Source of the DNA: Eledone cirrhosa | Lineage: Eukaryota | Assembly: GCA_964016885.1 (NCBI GenBank) | Contig: OZ024743.1 | Coordinates: forward strand, 183,582,001 to 183,646,000 | DNA length: 64,000 bases | Reading direction: 5' to 3' | Shown here: piece by piece, positions 50,589 through 64,000 of the stretch | Layout of the letters: each line of letters opens with the position of its first letter | Position numbering within the stretch: position 1 is the stretch's first letter | Made by a program: the position numbers and the translations under genes | The notes under the pieces: generated by a model | What the model was told of the DNA's origin: nothing | The model's input: only the letters and a program-made list of their open reading frames with translations | Database searches by the model: none

Positions 50589-50881
50589 ATAGTATAGCTA
50601 CTGTAGTAAAAATAGAACTCCTCATGTGTTCTGTAGTTTGTTACTATAGTATAGCTACTGTAGTATAGCTACCATAGTATAGCTTCTGTAGTAAAAATAG
50701 AACACCTCATGTGTTCTGTAGTTTGTTACTATAGTAGAGCTACTGTTGTAAAAATAGAACCTCTCATCATAGTATAGCTACTGTATTCAAAATAGAATTT
50801 CTCATGTGTTCTGTAGTTTGTTGCTATAGTATAGTTACTGTTGTAAAAATAGAACTCCTCCTCATGTGTTCTGTAGTTTGC
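50589..50881. repeat. Imperfect minisatellite (about 57-bp unit)
   Basis: Recurrent ATAGTATAGCTACTGTAGTAAAAATAGAAC and CTCATGTGTTCTGTAGTTTG. Confidence 0.8.
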
Positions 50882-50965
50882 CATCACACCCTTACTGTTC
50901 TAAAACCATTCTCTTATGAAATTCTTTCTCGGTTCAGACTAATGACTGCTTTATTGCTGATAATA

Positions 50966-51196
50966 CAGGGTGAGCATAAAATCTCTCCCTGGTTATAAAA
51001 TATCATATCTCAGATACAATTAGAAATTTTACTTTTTCATTGTTTTAATTTTATAAATTTCTAGTTTAAAGTTTTTCTGAACATGTTTTACATTTTCTCT
51101 TCTACAGGAAGTAGTTGTAATTTTCAGTAACAAAATGGCATCTATGAAACAAATAGCTCAGTGTTTTATGGTTTAAAAGACTTTACGTTCACCCTG
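50966..51196. mobile_element. Mariner-like MITE with TA target duplication
   Basis: TA|CAGGGTGAGCATAAAATCT ... AGACTTTACGTTCACCCTG|TA. Confidence 0.8.
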
Positions 51197-51662
51197 TATT
51201 TTCTTTTTGTAACTTTTACTAAGAAAACTTCACAATAGTTACTAAATACCTGTACATTCAGTAACACATTTCAAACTTGATGTGTCTCATATGATACAAG
51301 ATGGTTTAGTTGTATTGGTCACTTTCACCAGGTTTTGTTTGTAGTTTTATTTGTCACTTTCACCATGTTTTCTTTGCAGTTGTATTGGTCATCTCACACC
51401 ATGTTTTGTGTGCAGTTGTTTTTGTTTGTTTTCTTGTACTGTCCAGGTTATAATACATGCTACTATCTGCATTCTTTCACTCCTTCATATTCTTTCTAAA
51501 TTTGGTGAATGCAAGAAAAATAGTTTTAGTTTTATAGACCAGCAGCATCCATCAATGATTGATCAGTCCTATTTAGTTGAAGGGGTGGGAACCTGTAATA
51601 TAGATACAATGTCCTATGGTATTAGTGAAGTGAGTTAAGTATTTCAACTGGGAATTTGATCA

Positions 51663-51857
51663 TTGGGTTTAACACTTCCACTTGAGTATGTTCCAGCTGT
51701 ATAGCTATTTAACATGTAGTGAGTGATAAGGGCCTGTAGATTAGGCCAAAAAGGTGTGAACTTTGGGTTTAACACTTCCACTTGAGTATGTTCCAGCTGT
51801 ATAAGTAAGGGCGTGTAGAGAGTGATAAGGGTATGTAGATTAGGCCAAAAAGGTGTT
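51663..51857. repeat. About 100-bp tandem duplication
   Basis: TTGGGTTTAACACTTCCACTTGAGTATGTTCCAGCTGTATA ... TAGGCCAAAAAGGTGT, present twice. Confidence 0.85.
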
Positions 51858-52104
51858 GTTGAGCTGCAGTTATTAGAATATAATGTAACAGAACCAGAAC
51901 ATGTTAGAAGTTAGGTCTAGTAAACTAAGGATAGTTGTACCAAGTTGTTGAATATTAGTGTTGGTAATAGAGAGTACACACGAGTATATATGTGAAGGAA
52001 GATTTATCTTATTAGCCTCCACCCCCACCCAATATTTTAGTTGGTACTTAGTTTCAATTTGTTGGCATGAAGCATTTGAGAGAGAAACTAACATACTATC
52101 AAGA

Positions 52105-52515
52105 GATTTATACTAGATAACCTTTCCAGTGTACTTGATTCCTATTCCTGATAGATGAGACATGATATTTATACCAGGTAACCTCTCCAGTGTACTTGAT
52201 TCCTATTCCTGATAGATGAGACATGATATTTATACCAGGTAACCTCTCCAGTGTACTTGATTCCTATTCCTGATAGATGAGACATGATATTTATACCAGG
52301 TAACCTCTCCAGTGTACTTGATTCCTATTCGTGATAGATGAGACATATTTATACCAGGTAACCTCTCCAGTGTACTTGATTCCTATTCCTGATAGATGAG
52401 ACATGATATTTATACCAGGTAACCTCTCCAGTGTACTTGATTCCTATTCCTGATAGATGAGACATGATATTTATACCAGGTAACCTCTCCAGTGTACTTG
52501 ATTCCTGTTCCTGAT
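52105..52515. repeat. 61-bp minisatellite, about 6.7 copies
   Basis: Unit ATTTATACCAGGTAACCTCTCCAGTGTACTTGATTCCTATTCCTGATAGATGAGACATGAT; one copy lacks 3 bp. Confidence 0.95.
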
Positions 52516-52878
52516 ATTTGAGATAAGGCTCAAATACAATGAAATGCTAGGATATGAATTTTAAATCCTTTAACATGGTCTTTTTTCCAATATCATGTTT
52601 ACTTGTGAATTTCATTTCAACACTGTATGTAGATAAAGATGAAAGATGGTTACAGCACAGGAATGTTTGGATCAGAAGAAGATTTAGAGTTCTGGGGTTA
52701 TATCAAACCCTAGATAATTAGGGTTTATTGTAAAAGATATCTGAAGGGAAAGTAGATAAAACTAAAGAAAAAAAAATAGAGTAAGTCAAGTGATATACCA
52801 ACTGTACCCTGTAAGTAAGTGAGCATTTGAAATATTAATATAATGTTAAATAGTATCCTAGATATGGGAGGCCTGGAA

Positions 52879-53369
52879 CCGTATATACTCATATATATAA
52901 GCCGACCCCCTATTTTATGTCTGAGAAATAGGCAAAATTCCAAACCCTGTTTATAAGCCAAGGCAGGTAATCAACATATTGTGTTTAGATGGTGTGGTTT
53001 CGAAATTCTCATGAGTGGAGAATATATTTATAAAGTTTTAATATTTTGATGTTTAAAATGTTTTCAGTGTCGTTTAGAGTATAGTTTTTTGTTTCAAAAT
53101 TCCATTACGTAAGGATTTTTACTAATTTCCTACCGTTTTGAAGGCCATCTCCATTCAAAACACATTAAAAACAATAGAAATTTCACCTTCAAAGTGAAAC
53201 CTCCAAAGCAAAACTATTTTAGCACCTCATTTATGTAGAATTTGAAGTGAGTAAAAATTAGCAAAATATTGACCTTGAATATAATCAATCCACAAGACCC
53301 CAGCCCACCCCCCTTTTGCCATCAATTTTTTTGTCACATATTTCTCAACTTATATATGAGTATATACAG
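52879..53369. mobile_element. Tc1/mariner-superfamily (pogo/Tc2-like) MITE
   Basis: TIRs CCGTATATACTCATATATATAAGCCGA and TCAACTTATATATGAGTATATACAG. Confidence 0.78.
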
Positions 53370-53721
53370 CAACTAATGTTAAACTAATAATGCTGATATA
53401 GAAAGTATTTTTTATTGCAGACAAAGTGGGTTAGTGTGTTTGTGTGTGTTTGCTTTTGTGTCCAATATGTTTTTGGTGAAGAAGCTATGAGGACTTCTGA
53501 TTTCTCAGTGATCTTCAGTCATTTATGCTAAGGATCAATATCTTATGTTGATGCTACTACAGCATAATACAGTCTATTTGCTAAAGCCTACAAACTGACA
53601 AACACTGGTTGAATATTTCACAAATTAGTAATGTTAAGAAAGGATTAATTTCTAAGTTACTGCATCTGTGTTTCATAGACGTTTGTTCAGAGGTTTCAGA
53701 TAATATTGGTATCTCACATTG

Positions 53722-54200
53722 GTCATCATCATCATCATGGCCACAGTCAAACATTCCTGACAAAGTCTCTCCATAATTCACAGTTTTCCATTGCCCCTGA
53801 CAACTGCTCCTTATTGAGGTTTGTATTGTCTGAGAGTTGATCGATGAATGTTCAAGCAGATCTTCTCCTACTGCATCTCCCATAAGTTGGTTCCCACAAT
53901 AGTAGCTTGTGTATAACTTCATGCTTACTTCTCCAGCAATGTCTTGCAAATCATAAGTCTTTGAGCAATTTTGGGCAAGTTTCTGTATACACTTTCATTT
54001 GTAATACACTGACATCATTTTATGTTTTATACAACCCTAACTATTTTAGTGTATGCCCCATCTAGTTTCTTCTCAAGTGCTTGTGTCAAGGTCCATGTAC
54101 CTTATCCATACAACAACACTGACTCAAGTGCTTGTGTCAGGATCCATGTACCTGATCCATACAACAACAGATTGATTCAACACATGTTCTGAAGAATGTT
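53722..54200 (-). mobile_element. RTE-type LINE 3' relic with a (GAT)n tail; inverted paralog of 49100-49722
   Basis: High nucleotide similarity to the 49100 copy, with only 2 copies of the 51-bp unit. Confidence 0.82.
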
Positions 54201-54722
54201 ATTTCAAGTGGCGAGTGTCAATCTTACTGTATTGATTGATCATTAGTATTCAATTCTTTCCTTGCCCCATCAGGTTGACGAATATGACTCCAGACACACA
54301 CACACACACATAGAAACACAGACACACAGACATGCATGAAGACACTTTACCCAATGTGCCATACCGTGAAACAGAACCCCCAGCATATTTGGTTACAAAG
54401 TGAACTAGTTAACCACACAGCCATCTATACTCAATATGATATATATATTATTGTTATTGTTGTAAATCTGTAAATCCCATGACATCAGAAGAGATGTTCA
54501 GGAAATATCCTGATTCAAACAAATCCTCATATAATACTTTGTCCAATGAGAAAGCAAGGAAAAATATGAAACATGTCACTATTACAATGACTAAATCATC
54601 AAGCTATGTTCTTTTACTTTATGGAATGTGAATAAGTATTTTAAAAGTCAATTGACACCACATACTACTTTTAATCAGATTTATTTTTATTTCTTATTTA
54701 ATTATTGCTCTGCTTAGCTGTT

Positions 54723-54775
<53 letters not shown>

Positions 54776-54802
54776 ATATATTTATATGTACACATATATA
54801 GA

Positions 54803-54937
54803 CATTTTATTAAGGCTAAATGGTGAGTCTTGTTACTCTGGAGTTTCACCTGTTTACCACTGGGTCATCAGATGACCCAAACATAAACAAATGAAACTCC
54901 AGAGTAACAAGACTCACTATTTAGCCTTAATAAAATG
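54803..54937. repeat. Fold-back inverted repeat (67-bp arms) centred on a CTGATGA box
   Basis: Centre TGGGTCATC-A-GATGACCCA. The minus strand reads CTGATGA...GAAACTCCAGAGTA. Confidence 0.9.
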
Positions 54938-54997
54938 AATATTAAAACTCTATTTCGGTGTTGAGTACTCTTTTTTTCTCAGCCATCAACCACTTAC

Positions 54998-55039
<42 letters not shown>

Positions 55040-55257
55040 GTATGTAAAAGTAATAACAAAAATAGCAAAACAAACAGAACTATACATGAAAGAAATCTAT
55101 ATTGTGCAGATAATAAAGGTGTTTATCCATGGAGGTTATGTTGTAACACTGCAGGGATAAACCAGTTTAAACAACCTCAAAGCACTTCACGTCAGTAGTG
55201 TATCTCCAGTGAAATATTGATTAGGTATAACCATGTCTTAACATCATTTCATTTCAT

Positions 55258-56654
55258 ATATAACAGAGGAATTCAAGACCGGTTGCCCATGGGAACTTCT
55301 ATACGCAGATGATCTAACGCTCATAGCTGAATCAATGGCTGAACTAGAGAAGAAATTCCAAACTTGGAAGCATGGCCTAGAATCAAAAGGCCTTAAAATT
55401 AACTTGTCTAAGACTAAAGTTCTAGTATGTAGGAAGGAAAATAGGGCACTGGTCCCCTCTGGGAAATGGCCATGCTCTGTGTGTAAAAGGAGTAGGCAGA
55501 AACTCCATTTTATGTCCCAAATGCAAAGTATGGGTGCGTAAAAGATGTAGTGGGATCACAGGTAAGCTAACTAAGAACATAGATTTTATATATGGTCGGT
55601 ACTCAGATGCAATAAGTAGTAGCAAGTGCCCACAGGATACTAGCTCCTTCCATTGCCCAGATGGTTCTATAGAAATAGTGGACACCTTCCGTTACCTGGG
55701 TGACAAAATCAGCAGTGGGGGAGGGTGCTCTGAAAGTACAGTAGCCAGAGTCAGAACGGCATGGAAAAGGTTCAGAGAGCTTATACCACTATTGGCCACT
55801 AAAGGTTTCTCTCTAAAAATGAAAGGCAGACTGTATGATGCCTGCATACGAACAGCAATTTTACATGGCAGTGAGACGTGGGCATTGTGTGCAGAGGATC
55901 TGCGCAAACTGGAGAGGAACGAAGCTTGCATGCTCCACTGGATGTGTAATAGTAATATATGTGAACGGCAAAGCATAAATGAACTAAGTGAGAAATTAGG
56001 AATAAGAAGGATCAGATGCTGTGTACTCGAGAGAAGACTACATTGGTATGATTACGTGATGCACATGAAAGACGACAGCTGTATAAAAAAGTGCAGGGCG
56101 ATCAAAATAGATGGAAGCTACGGAGTAGGCAGACCCAGAAAAACCTGGGACGATTTGATAGATTCCGACCTTACACACTTACACCTCTCCAAGACAATGT
56201 CACTGGACTGAGATCTTTGGCGCTACGCAGTAATACAGAAGACCCGCCTTGCCTAAGTACAAAGTGAAACCTACAGTCAGTAGGCACCTCCTAACCAAAA
56301 ATACACCCCCATCTCACTACCCTACCCCCACCCCCATCTACACCACCCCTTTCTCCGTAAAGTTATGTTGGTACCACAACATCCAGTCCTAAATAAATGA
56401 GGTTGTGTAGGTGTCATGACAAAAAAAAACACACGGCCCACGCTGTAATGTGGCCGTGTAGGTAACACGGTAAAAACCTCCCAGTCCACACTGTAAACGT
56501 GGTTGGTGTTAGGAAGGGCATCCAGTCGTAGAAAACCCGCCAGACAGTACTATACGAGCAAGACAACCAATCTTGCCTCACGTGGGACAACGCCCGTCTA
56601 AACCCTTGCTAGTGTGGAAGATAGACGTTAAACGATGATGATGATGATGATGAT
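55258..56654 (+). mobile_element. 5'-truncated RTE LINE (YADD to (GAT)n tail), frameshifted
   Basis: ITEEFKTGCPWELLYADD, PHD remnant, FRYLG, GRPRKTW and 3' UTR. Confidence 0.92.
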
Positions 56655-57221
56655 TGTGTTAAGTTTTTCCATAGAAAAGGTAAAGGAAAAACCAGTGCTC
56701 TATGTATTGTACAGAGCTATTTAATTACATAATAAACAACACAATATAATTATTTCATTACTGAATGTTTCAAGAAACTAAATGATTCTTGCAAGAAACA
56801 TCTAGCTTGTTCGTCAGACAAAACAATTATGCTTTGGATATGAATTATATATATCTCACTGTGTCAGTTTGTGGTTTGGTCTGGCATTGGCCATTACTGT
56901 CTATCTCTTATTTTCTCTCTTTCTCTGTGTGTGTTCGTGTGTATATCTTACTCAGTGTGTGTGTCTTGGCCTGGTTTTGACTAGATATTATGATGTGTGG
57001 ATATGATGATGATTATGATAATAATGATGTGTAGGTATCATATTCCTGTTTTATCATGTGATATTAAAACCTTACTTCGTGTCCTTGTGCAAAGCTGAGC
57101 CCTGACTTCATGTTTAATCAGGGAATGATTATTGCTTCTTCTTAGTCTCATAATTTATTGTTGTTGTTTTCTACTACTGAAGGGTTTACAGGCAAGATTG
57201 GAGACTTGTTGGTTTTAATTA

Positions 57222-57430
57222 TTTTCAAGCATTCCCTTCCTAGCTTGAGCCAGAGGGGTTGGACAGAGGGGATTGCAAAAGGCCAAATGGCATGACAATC
57301 TTCCAATTCTGCGGGGATAGGCCTATTATCTGGGATGCCACATGTTGTGATACCTTCTTTAGTGGCAACCCAACCTTTGCTCTCCACCAGGCTGAAGAGG
57401 GCAAACTGTCAATGTATTGATCACTCTCTG
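57222..57430 (+). mobile_element. Decayed CRE-type endonuclease fragment
   Basis: LEPEGLDRGDCKRPNGMTIF...IIWDATCCDTF...AEEGK. Confidence 0.7.
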
Positions 57431-58086
57431 ATACAAAATATTATATTGTAGTTAGTTTATCACGTCAAATGTCCTTGTAATCCTCACTGACTGTTTTTTT
57501 AAGTAAAATTGAAGTAAAATTGCTGCAGGGTCTTGTGGGTTGATAGAATGATTTTTATTTTATCATTGCTACTATGATGTATTAATTGCAGAGATACTTA
57601 GTCCATCTATTTGTAAGAAAGGTACTATGGTAATGTACACCTCTCTTTGGTAATGACCAGCAGTCTTATAACTGATGGGTTTTTGAAATATTGATATACT
57701 GAGTAATATTGTGACGGGTTTAGTTTGATGAGGCCTGGTCTGGGTTAACGTGCTTAATAATGCTATGAGGACAAACTACAGCTTTCATGAGTTCCCTGGT
57801 AGATTTAGAAACTTCTATCCATCTGAAAATCATTTAATATATTTAAGAAATAAAATATCAAAGATTAGAAATTGATTTGATTCAAGGAAACTAACATTGA
57901 AGTCTAATTTGTTAAGTGTAAATAAAATATGTTTAAGATATTGAATATCTAAAGCTACTTCAAATTCAATAGGTTTTTATTTGAATTATTTACAAAAACT
58001 GATAAATCGAGAGTTGTTGAATGAGAGAGGTAGAGAGGTAGATAACAGTTTGTTTATACAGCAACATTGACATTCACTGTTGCACT

Positions 58087-58130
<44 letters not shown>

Positions 58131-59529
58131 ACAGAACAGGAAAACTAAAGTTAAAAACAAAAAATTCAATATCTTTGAACCCAGTACCCTTATTTGAATA
58201 ACTGTTGTGTTGTTCCTTCTATAGAGTAAACAATTCTTTAACTCAGAAAATATCACCTTGTATATAATAAATCTGATATCATTTAATGTTCAATAACTCT
58301 TGTTGCTATGGGACTGGTTGTCACAGACTAAGTCAGTACTTCCAGACAGGAAAGGGGTCACATATTGCTTACGTTCATTCTGGTTTTGGCATGGTTTCTA
58401 AGCTCAATGTCTTTCCTATCACCAACAACTTTGCAAAGTATACACAGTTCTTATTATCATGGTACCAGCTCTAATTATGTAGTTGTACCCTTCATACAGT
58501 TATAGGCTCCTCTCAACTCTTTGTTTGGCAAGTTTTCTATAATTGGATGTTTTTTCTAATGCCAACCATTTTATAATGTTGTATTGGGTGTATTTTATTC
58601 TGGTATGAGCTCTAGGAAGGTTGTTGTATCCTTGACACAGCTGTAGACTCCTCCAGTTTTCTATGGTTGGATACCCTTACTCATGCCAGGTATTTTACAA
58701 AGGGTACTAGTCTGGTTTTTGTGTCCATGATGGACACTGAAGAGTCTTCAGAACCCTTTTATCAACCCCCAAAAAATGAAAGGTAAAGTGAACCTAAGTG
58801 CAGTTGAACTAAAAATAATAGCTTCTAACTCAGGCACAAGGTCAGAAAACTTTTGTTGGGTGACTAAGTTTATTATATCAACCACAGTACTTTACAGGTA
58901 CTTTATTTTATTGACCTCAGAAGGATGAAAGACAAAGTTAACCTTGGTGGGATTTGAACTCAGAATGTAGAGGGCTGTAATGAAATATTGCAATGCATTT
59001 CATCTGATGTACTAATGATTCTACCTACTCACCACCCTAAATGAGTTGTAATATAAGCACAAGGCCAACAGTTTAAGGAGAGGGGAGAGTCAATTAAATC
59101 GACCTCAGTGTATTACTGGTACTTTATTTTATCGACCACACAAGAATGAAAGACAAAGTTGACCAGGGTGGGATTTGAACTCAGAATGTGGAGAGCTGGA
59201 TATTGATTATTGTTGTTGCTGTTTTTTTTTACAGAGATTTATATGACAATGAAGCTTCTCTCCTGTGATATGAGTTAAATAAAATGCAGCAATTAAGACT
59301 GAAACTTCTCACCAGAAACTTCTCTTTTTACTATATGACACTTCCTACAGAAATACTAATAACCAAAATAACTGCTATAGCTCTGGCTAATAGCACCAAT
59401 GTTTCAACATTTAATTATTAAGATTTTACCTCAATTCTCTATTCACCTTATTACATGGTCTTCTTCAATAGATTTCTTTCATTAAAACCAACCTTGAGTA
59501 ATTTTTTTTATTGATTTTATTTCTTTTAA

Positions 59530-59709
<180 letters not shown>

Positions 59710-61689
59710 TGAAAGAGATTTAAAAAAGAAACAAAAAATAAATAAAACAAAACAAACTAAAATTTTATAAACAACAATTCTCCGTTGGATGTGTCATGTA
59801 AGTGTGAGAGAAAATGCTGAGCTTGGATGAGTTGAGGGAAAAGCTGGGTTTAAAAGGAATGGGAGGTGGTGAGCAGGAGGGAAGACTGCGCTGGTATGGA
59901 CATGTGATGTCATGGGCAGTGATTGTTGGTTGAAGAAGTGTCAGGAAATGTCAGTGGAAAGAAGATGCAGTAGAGGAAGTCCAAGACCTGGGCAGAGGTG
60001 GGGATAAATGACCTCAAATCACTGAGACTCACAAAGGATCGTGATGTGTAGAGATGCTGTGCTGAGAAGGACAAGTCCAACCTATGCAAGCGTGTAAAAA
60101 CAGATGTAAAAACAATGATAATGATGAATTTGACTTAAAAAAACATTAGGAAAATTTGAAATTTAAAATGTAGATATCCCAACCCAATTATTTCTAGGGA
60201 TCAACTATTATTATGGACCTTTATATTAAGACACACATATTTCAAATTCTAAATTCTATGTTGTTTTTCTTATATAACTACCAAACACTTCCACTAGTGT
60301 TCATGTGGAACAAAATTAAAGAAAACTAAATTACATTGAAATAGATTTGAACTAGTTTGCTGTTGAGTGCTGCGAAGACTGAGACACTCGTCATCTTATT
60401 AAAACCTGTGTAATGTACTCTTCAACTCATGCGAGTGGAATTACACTGAAGCAGGTGGAGAAGTTCAGGGATATGTTCACAAGTGATGGAAGGCAGGGGG
60501 CTGAATTAAATGCAAGAATTGCAGTAGATGGTGCAGTAATGTGCCAGCTCCAGCACTAGTCATCTGAAGAAGGAAAGTAGTTGTAAAAGCTAAACTCGCC
60601 ATCTTCAATTCGGTATTCAACCAACCCTTACCTATAGTTATAAATCTTGGGTAACAACCGAAAGAATACGATTGCAAATACAAGCAGCCCAAATGGGGTT
60701 CCTCCAAAAGGTCTTTGGAGTATTTGATAGAGCTCAGAGATCAGGAGTCACTCTAGGTAGAGCTGTTACTTCTCCAAATTGAGAGATTACAGCTCCAATA
60801 TTATGGACATGTGGTTAGAATGAATCAGGAAAGAATCACTTGACAGATTTTACAGGCAGGAGACCCAGGGGTAGACGCTGAGCAGGATGGTTGGATTACA
60901 TCCGTGAGCTCAGCTGGTCTCGCTTTGGGATTCAGATGTATCATTTTGAGGTTTCTGATAGGACCCTCTAGAAGGAGTGTTTGAGGACTCTGGTTCCAAC
61001 AACCTTCACAGGAATAAGTGGATGAAGAAGAAGAAATTTGAGTGTTACATCTTCAACAAAGTTAATATTGGAACAAAATTGAAGACAATCAAAATATTTA
61101 ACATAATGAACCAGACTTGAGTGTTATGCTTTCAATAACCCTGACTATGAAACAAAGACCACATTGACTTGTTTAACAGAATGAAACATTATCAACGTCT
61201 GTATAGTTATACATCAAAATCGAAGAACATTTATATAGTGTGGAAGTTTTACAGATCCTGAATATAACAATATGTAAATTATAACCTGAGAACAGGAGTG
61301 GGTATAATCCAAATATCATGTGGTGACTACAGTATAATGTGTTCTAACTATAGTACACGATGTGGTGACTATAATATACCATGTGACCTATATTATAACA
61401 TGTAGCCTATAGTATATATGTGGACTGTAGTATAACATGAAGGCTCGAGAATACTGTTATGGACTCTGATTTGGACTATGGTTGAAAAATGATGATGATG
61501 ACAACACTGCATCTCATAGGACTCATGGGGGTTTAAATGATAGGAGCCCTAACATGGAAAGCAACATAGAATGAAGCATCTTGTTAAAGAACTCAGTGTG
61601 TCACTTGGTCCTGAATTCAAACTTATTACTTTATGGTTGTGAGACCCACACCCTAACCCATAGGCCATGTGCCTTCAACTTTTAATCCA

Positions 61690-62090
61690 ACATGTAGATT
61701 TATAGTTTAATATGTAGACTTATAATTTAAGATGAAAGATTACAATCTTATAATCCAATAGCACAAATTTATTCTCCAACATGTAGGATTATAATTTTGC
61801 AACATGAAGGATTACAATCTTATAACCCAACATACAGGATTGTAATCCAACATGTAGGTTTATTGTCTTAACAACATGTAGGATTATAGTCTCAATAACA
61901 TGAAGGATTATATAGTCCAACATGTAGGATTATAGTCCAACAACATGTAGTATAATAACATGTAGGATTATATAGTCCAACATGTATTATAATCTTGATA
62001 TGTAGGATTATAACCTTGGCAATATGTAGGATTATAGTCCAACATGTAGGATTATAATTTCAATAACATGAAGACTTATAATGCAACACA
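61690..62090. repeat. Degenerate ~20-bp tandem repeat
   Basis: Recurrent CAACATGTAGGATTATAGTC. Confidence 0.8.
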
Positions 62091-62201
62091 TCAAGTTTTA
62101 ATCTAACATAGAGAGCTAGCAATATGTGAATTATTCTTTTGAAACTAATGAAAGTCTATTTTTTTATAAAGTAATGATTTAATATTTGTTTTTATTTCTA
62201 G

Positions 62202-62307
62202 AAAACTCTGAGTGGCCACAAGAATATTATAAAATATGTGGACTCCAGTATAACTGTCACTCCTAATAAAGTGTATGAGGTGCTAATACTATTGCAGTAT
62301 TGTAAAG
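62202..62307 (+). CDS. AAK1: NAK kinase coding exon (beta4-beta5 and hinge)
   Basis: TTTCTAG acceptor and GTATAT donor. Encodes KTLSGHKNIIKYVDSSITVTPNKVYEVLILLQYCK. Phases 0/1 are compatible with both neighbours. Confidence 0.93.
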
Positions 62308-62452
62308 GTATATTATCTTTCTATTATATAGAACAGTAGAAATATTAAAATTGCTGAAGTACTCTTTTATTCTTTTACTTGTTTTATTTGATAGACTGCG
62401 GTCATGCTGGGACACCACTTTTTGACAGCTAGTGGACAACAATAATATTAAT

Positions 62453-62993
62453 AATAATATTGTACCCCTTCTAGGACACACCACTATTTTGACAGTCAGA
62501 GGACTATCAATAATGATATTGTACCCCTTCTAGGACACACCACTATTTTGACAGTCAGAGGACTATCAATAATGATAATGTACCCCTTCTAGGACACACC
62601 ACTATTTTGACAGTCAGAGGACTATGAATAATGATATTGTACCCCTTCTAGGACACACCACTATTTTGACAGTCGGAGGACTATCAATAATGATATTGTA
62701 CCACTTCTAGGACACACCACTATTTTGACAGTCGGAGGACTATCAATAATGATATTGTACCCCTTCTAGGACACACCACTATTTTGACAGTCAGAGGACT
62801 ATCAATAATGATATTGTACCCCTTCTAGGACACACCACTATTTTGACAGTCAGAGGACTATCAATAATGATATTGTACCCCTTCTAGGACACACCACTAT
62901 TTTGACAGTCAGAGGACTATCAATAATGATATTGTACCCCTTCTAGGACACACCACTATTTTGACAGTCAGAGGACTATCAATAATGATATTG
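62453..62993. repeat. 59-bp minisatellite, about 9 copies, intronic
   Basis: Unit GTACCCCTTCTAGGACACACCACTATTTTGACAGTCAGAGGACTATCAATAATGATATT. Confidence 0.96.
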
Positions 62994-63081
62994 ATTCCTT
63001 ACTTTACAAATATATACCAGCAACATTTTGTATTTATTGAATTTTAACTGACAATCTTTTAAATTGTAATTTCATCATTGA

Positions 63082-63345
<264 letters not shown>

Positions 63346-64000
63346 TGACCCCCAACAACCCACACTATCATCACAATCATCATCATCCTTTTTACGTCAG
63401 TTTTTCCATGCTTGCTTGATTTAGGAGAAAAAGGGAGAGAAGCGCGGGGTGGGGGGCAAATTCTTCATCCATCACTGGGCTGTATATCTCAGCTGTGCTC
63501 CATGGTCAAGATGGCAAAAACATTCCCCTGGAAAACAACCAGCAACACCCACTGCTAGACCCTGGAAGTCTTAGCAGTGACTGGTACAAAAAGGAAGGAG
63601 CTGATCAGGTCCCAGTATTTGGCTATTGTTAGAACAAATATGCTTTTTCAATTATATGACCTAGGAGTAGAACCTATTAGTTCACCAGTGAGACTAAAGA
63701 AAATAGTTAGGAACCTTGATTAAGAGTGCAGAATATTATGATTTAACAGAAAATATCTAAAAGTGGGTTTGTTTATTCAAATGTTTGTAGTATCTTTACT
63801 AATGAACAAATAATTGTGAAAATTTGCAGTAAATTATGAAGACTGTAAAGTCAATTTTTAACCTGATGGAGTCTTAGTGTTATTTTGTAATTTTCAAGAA
63901 TGTTTTGCTAATGTGGTTTCATATGGTACAGGAAGTTGAGATAATTTGACTTCACAACTATTATATTATGTTGGAGGGTGGAAGTCAAGGATTGAGTTTT

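Noticed and set aside
52105-52515. CRISPR-like appearance of regular repeats (also 62453-62993)
   Set aside because: Head-to-tail units with no unique spacers, no cas genes, and a eukaryotic context.
58721-58751. Adjacent small palindromes GTGTCCA/TGGACAC and CTGAAGA/TCTTCAG
   Set aside because: No GAAA box or family context; short palindromes are expected by chance.

Overview
Eukaryotic, AT-rich, repeat-dominated animal DNA. The SINE/RTE repertoire and TA/TG microsatellite load suggest a coleoid cephalopod such as Octopus (inference). The only host gene recognised is a Numb-associated kinase (AAK1/BMP2K-like), with three spliced + strand coding exons at 59564-63276. Its first coding exon was not found, so most of the window may be one large intron. 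Bases 1-14.2 kb are a same-polarity (TA/TG)n array punctured by a CR1-group LINE with an open EN-RT ORF, a tRNA/CORE SINE, many RTE pieces in both orientations and a Penelope GIY-YIG fragment. Further along are a non-autonomous Helitron with a duplicated terminator, CRE-type endonuclease relics, a near full-length RTE with a PHD finger inside its RT region, MITEs, SINEs and minisatellites. Most interesting: (i) the CR1-group LINE has tandem CCCH zinc fingers in ORF1 and an AUG-less ORF2 overlapping it in the -1 frame, with two in-frame canonical slippery heptamers; (ii) a set of minimal hammerhead ribozyme motifs, one apparently intact at 8561-8627 and several in fold-back elements sharing a GTRTTGAGTAY tail. 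All calls were made by eye; no search or folding program was run.
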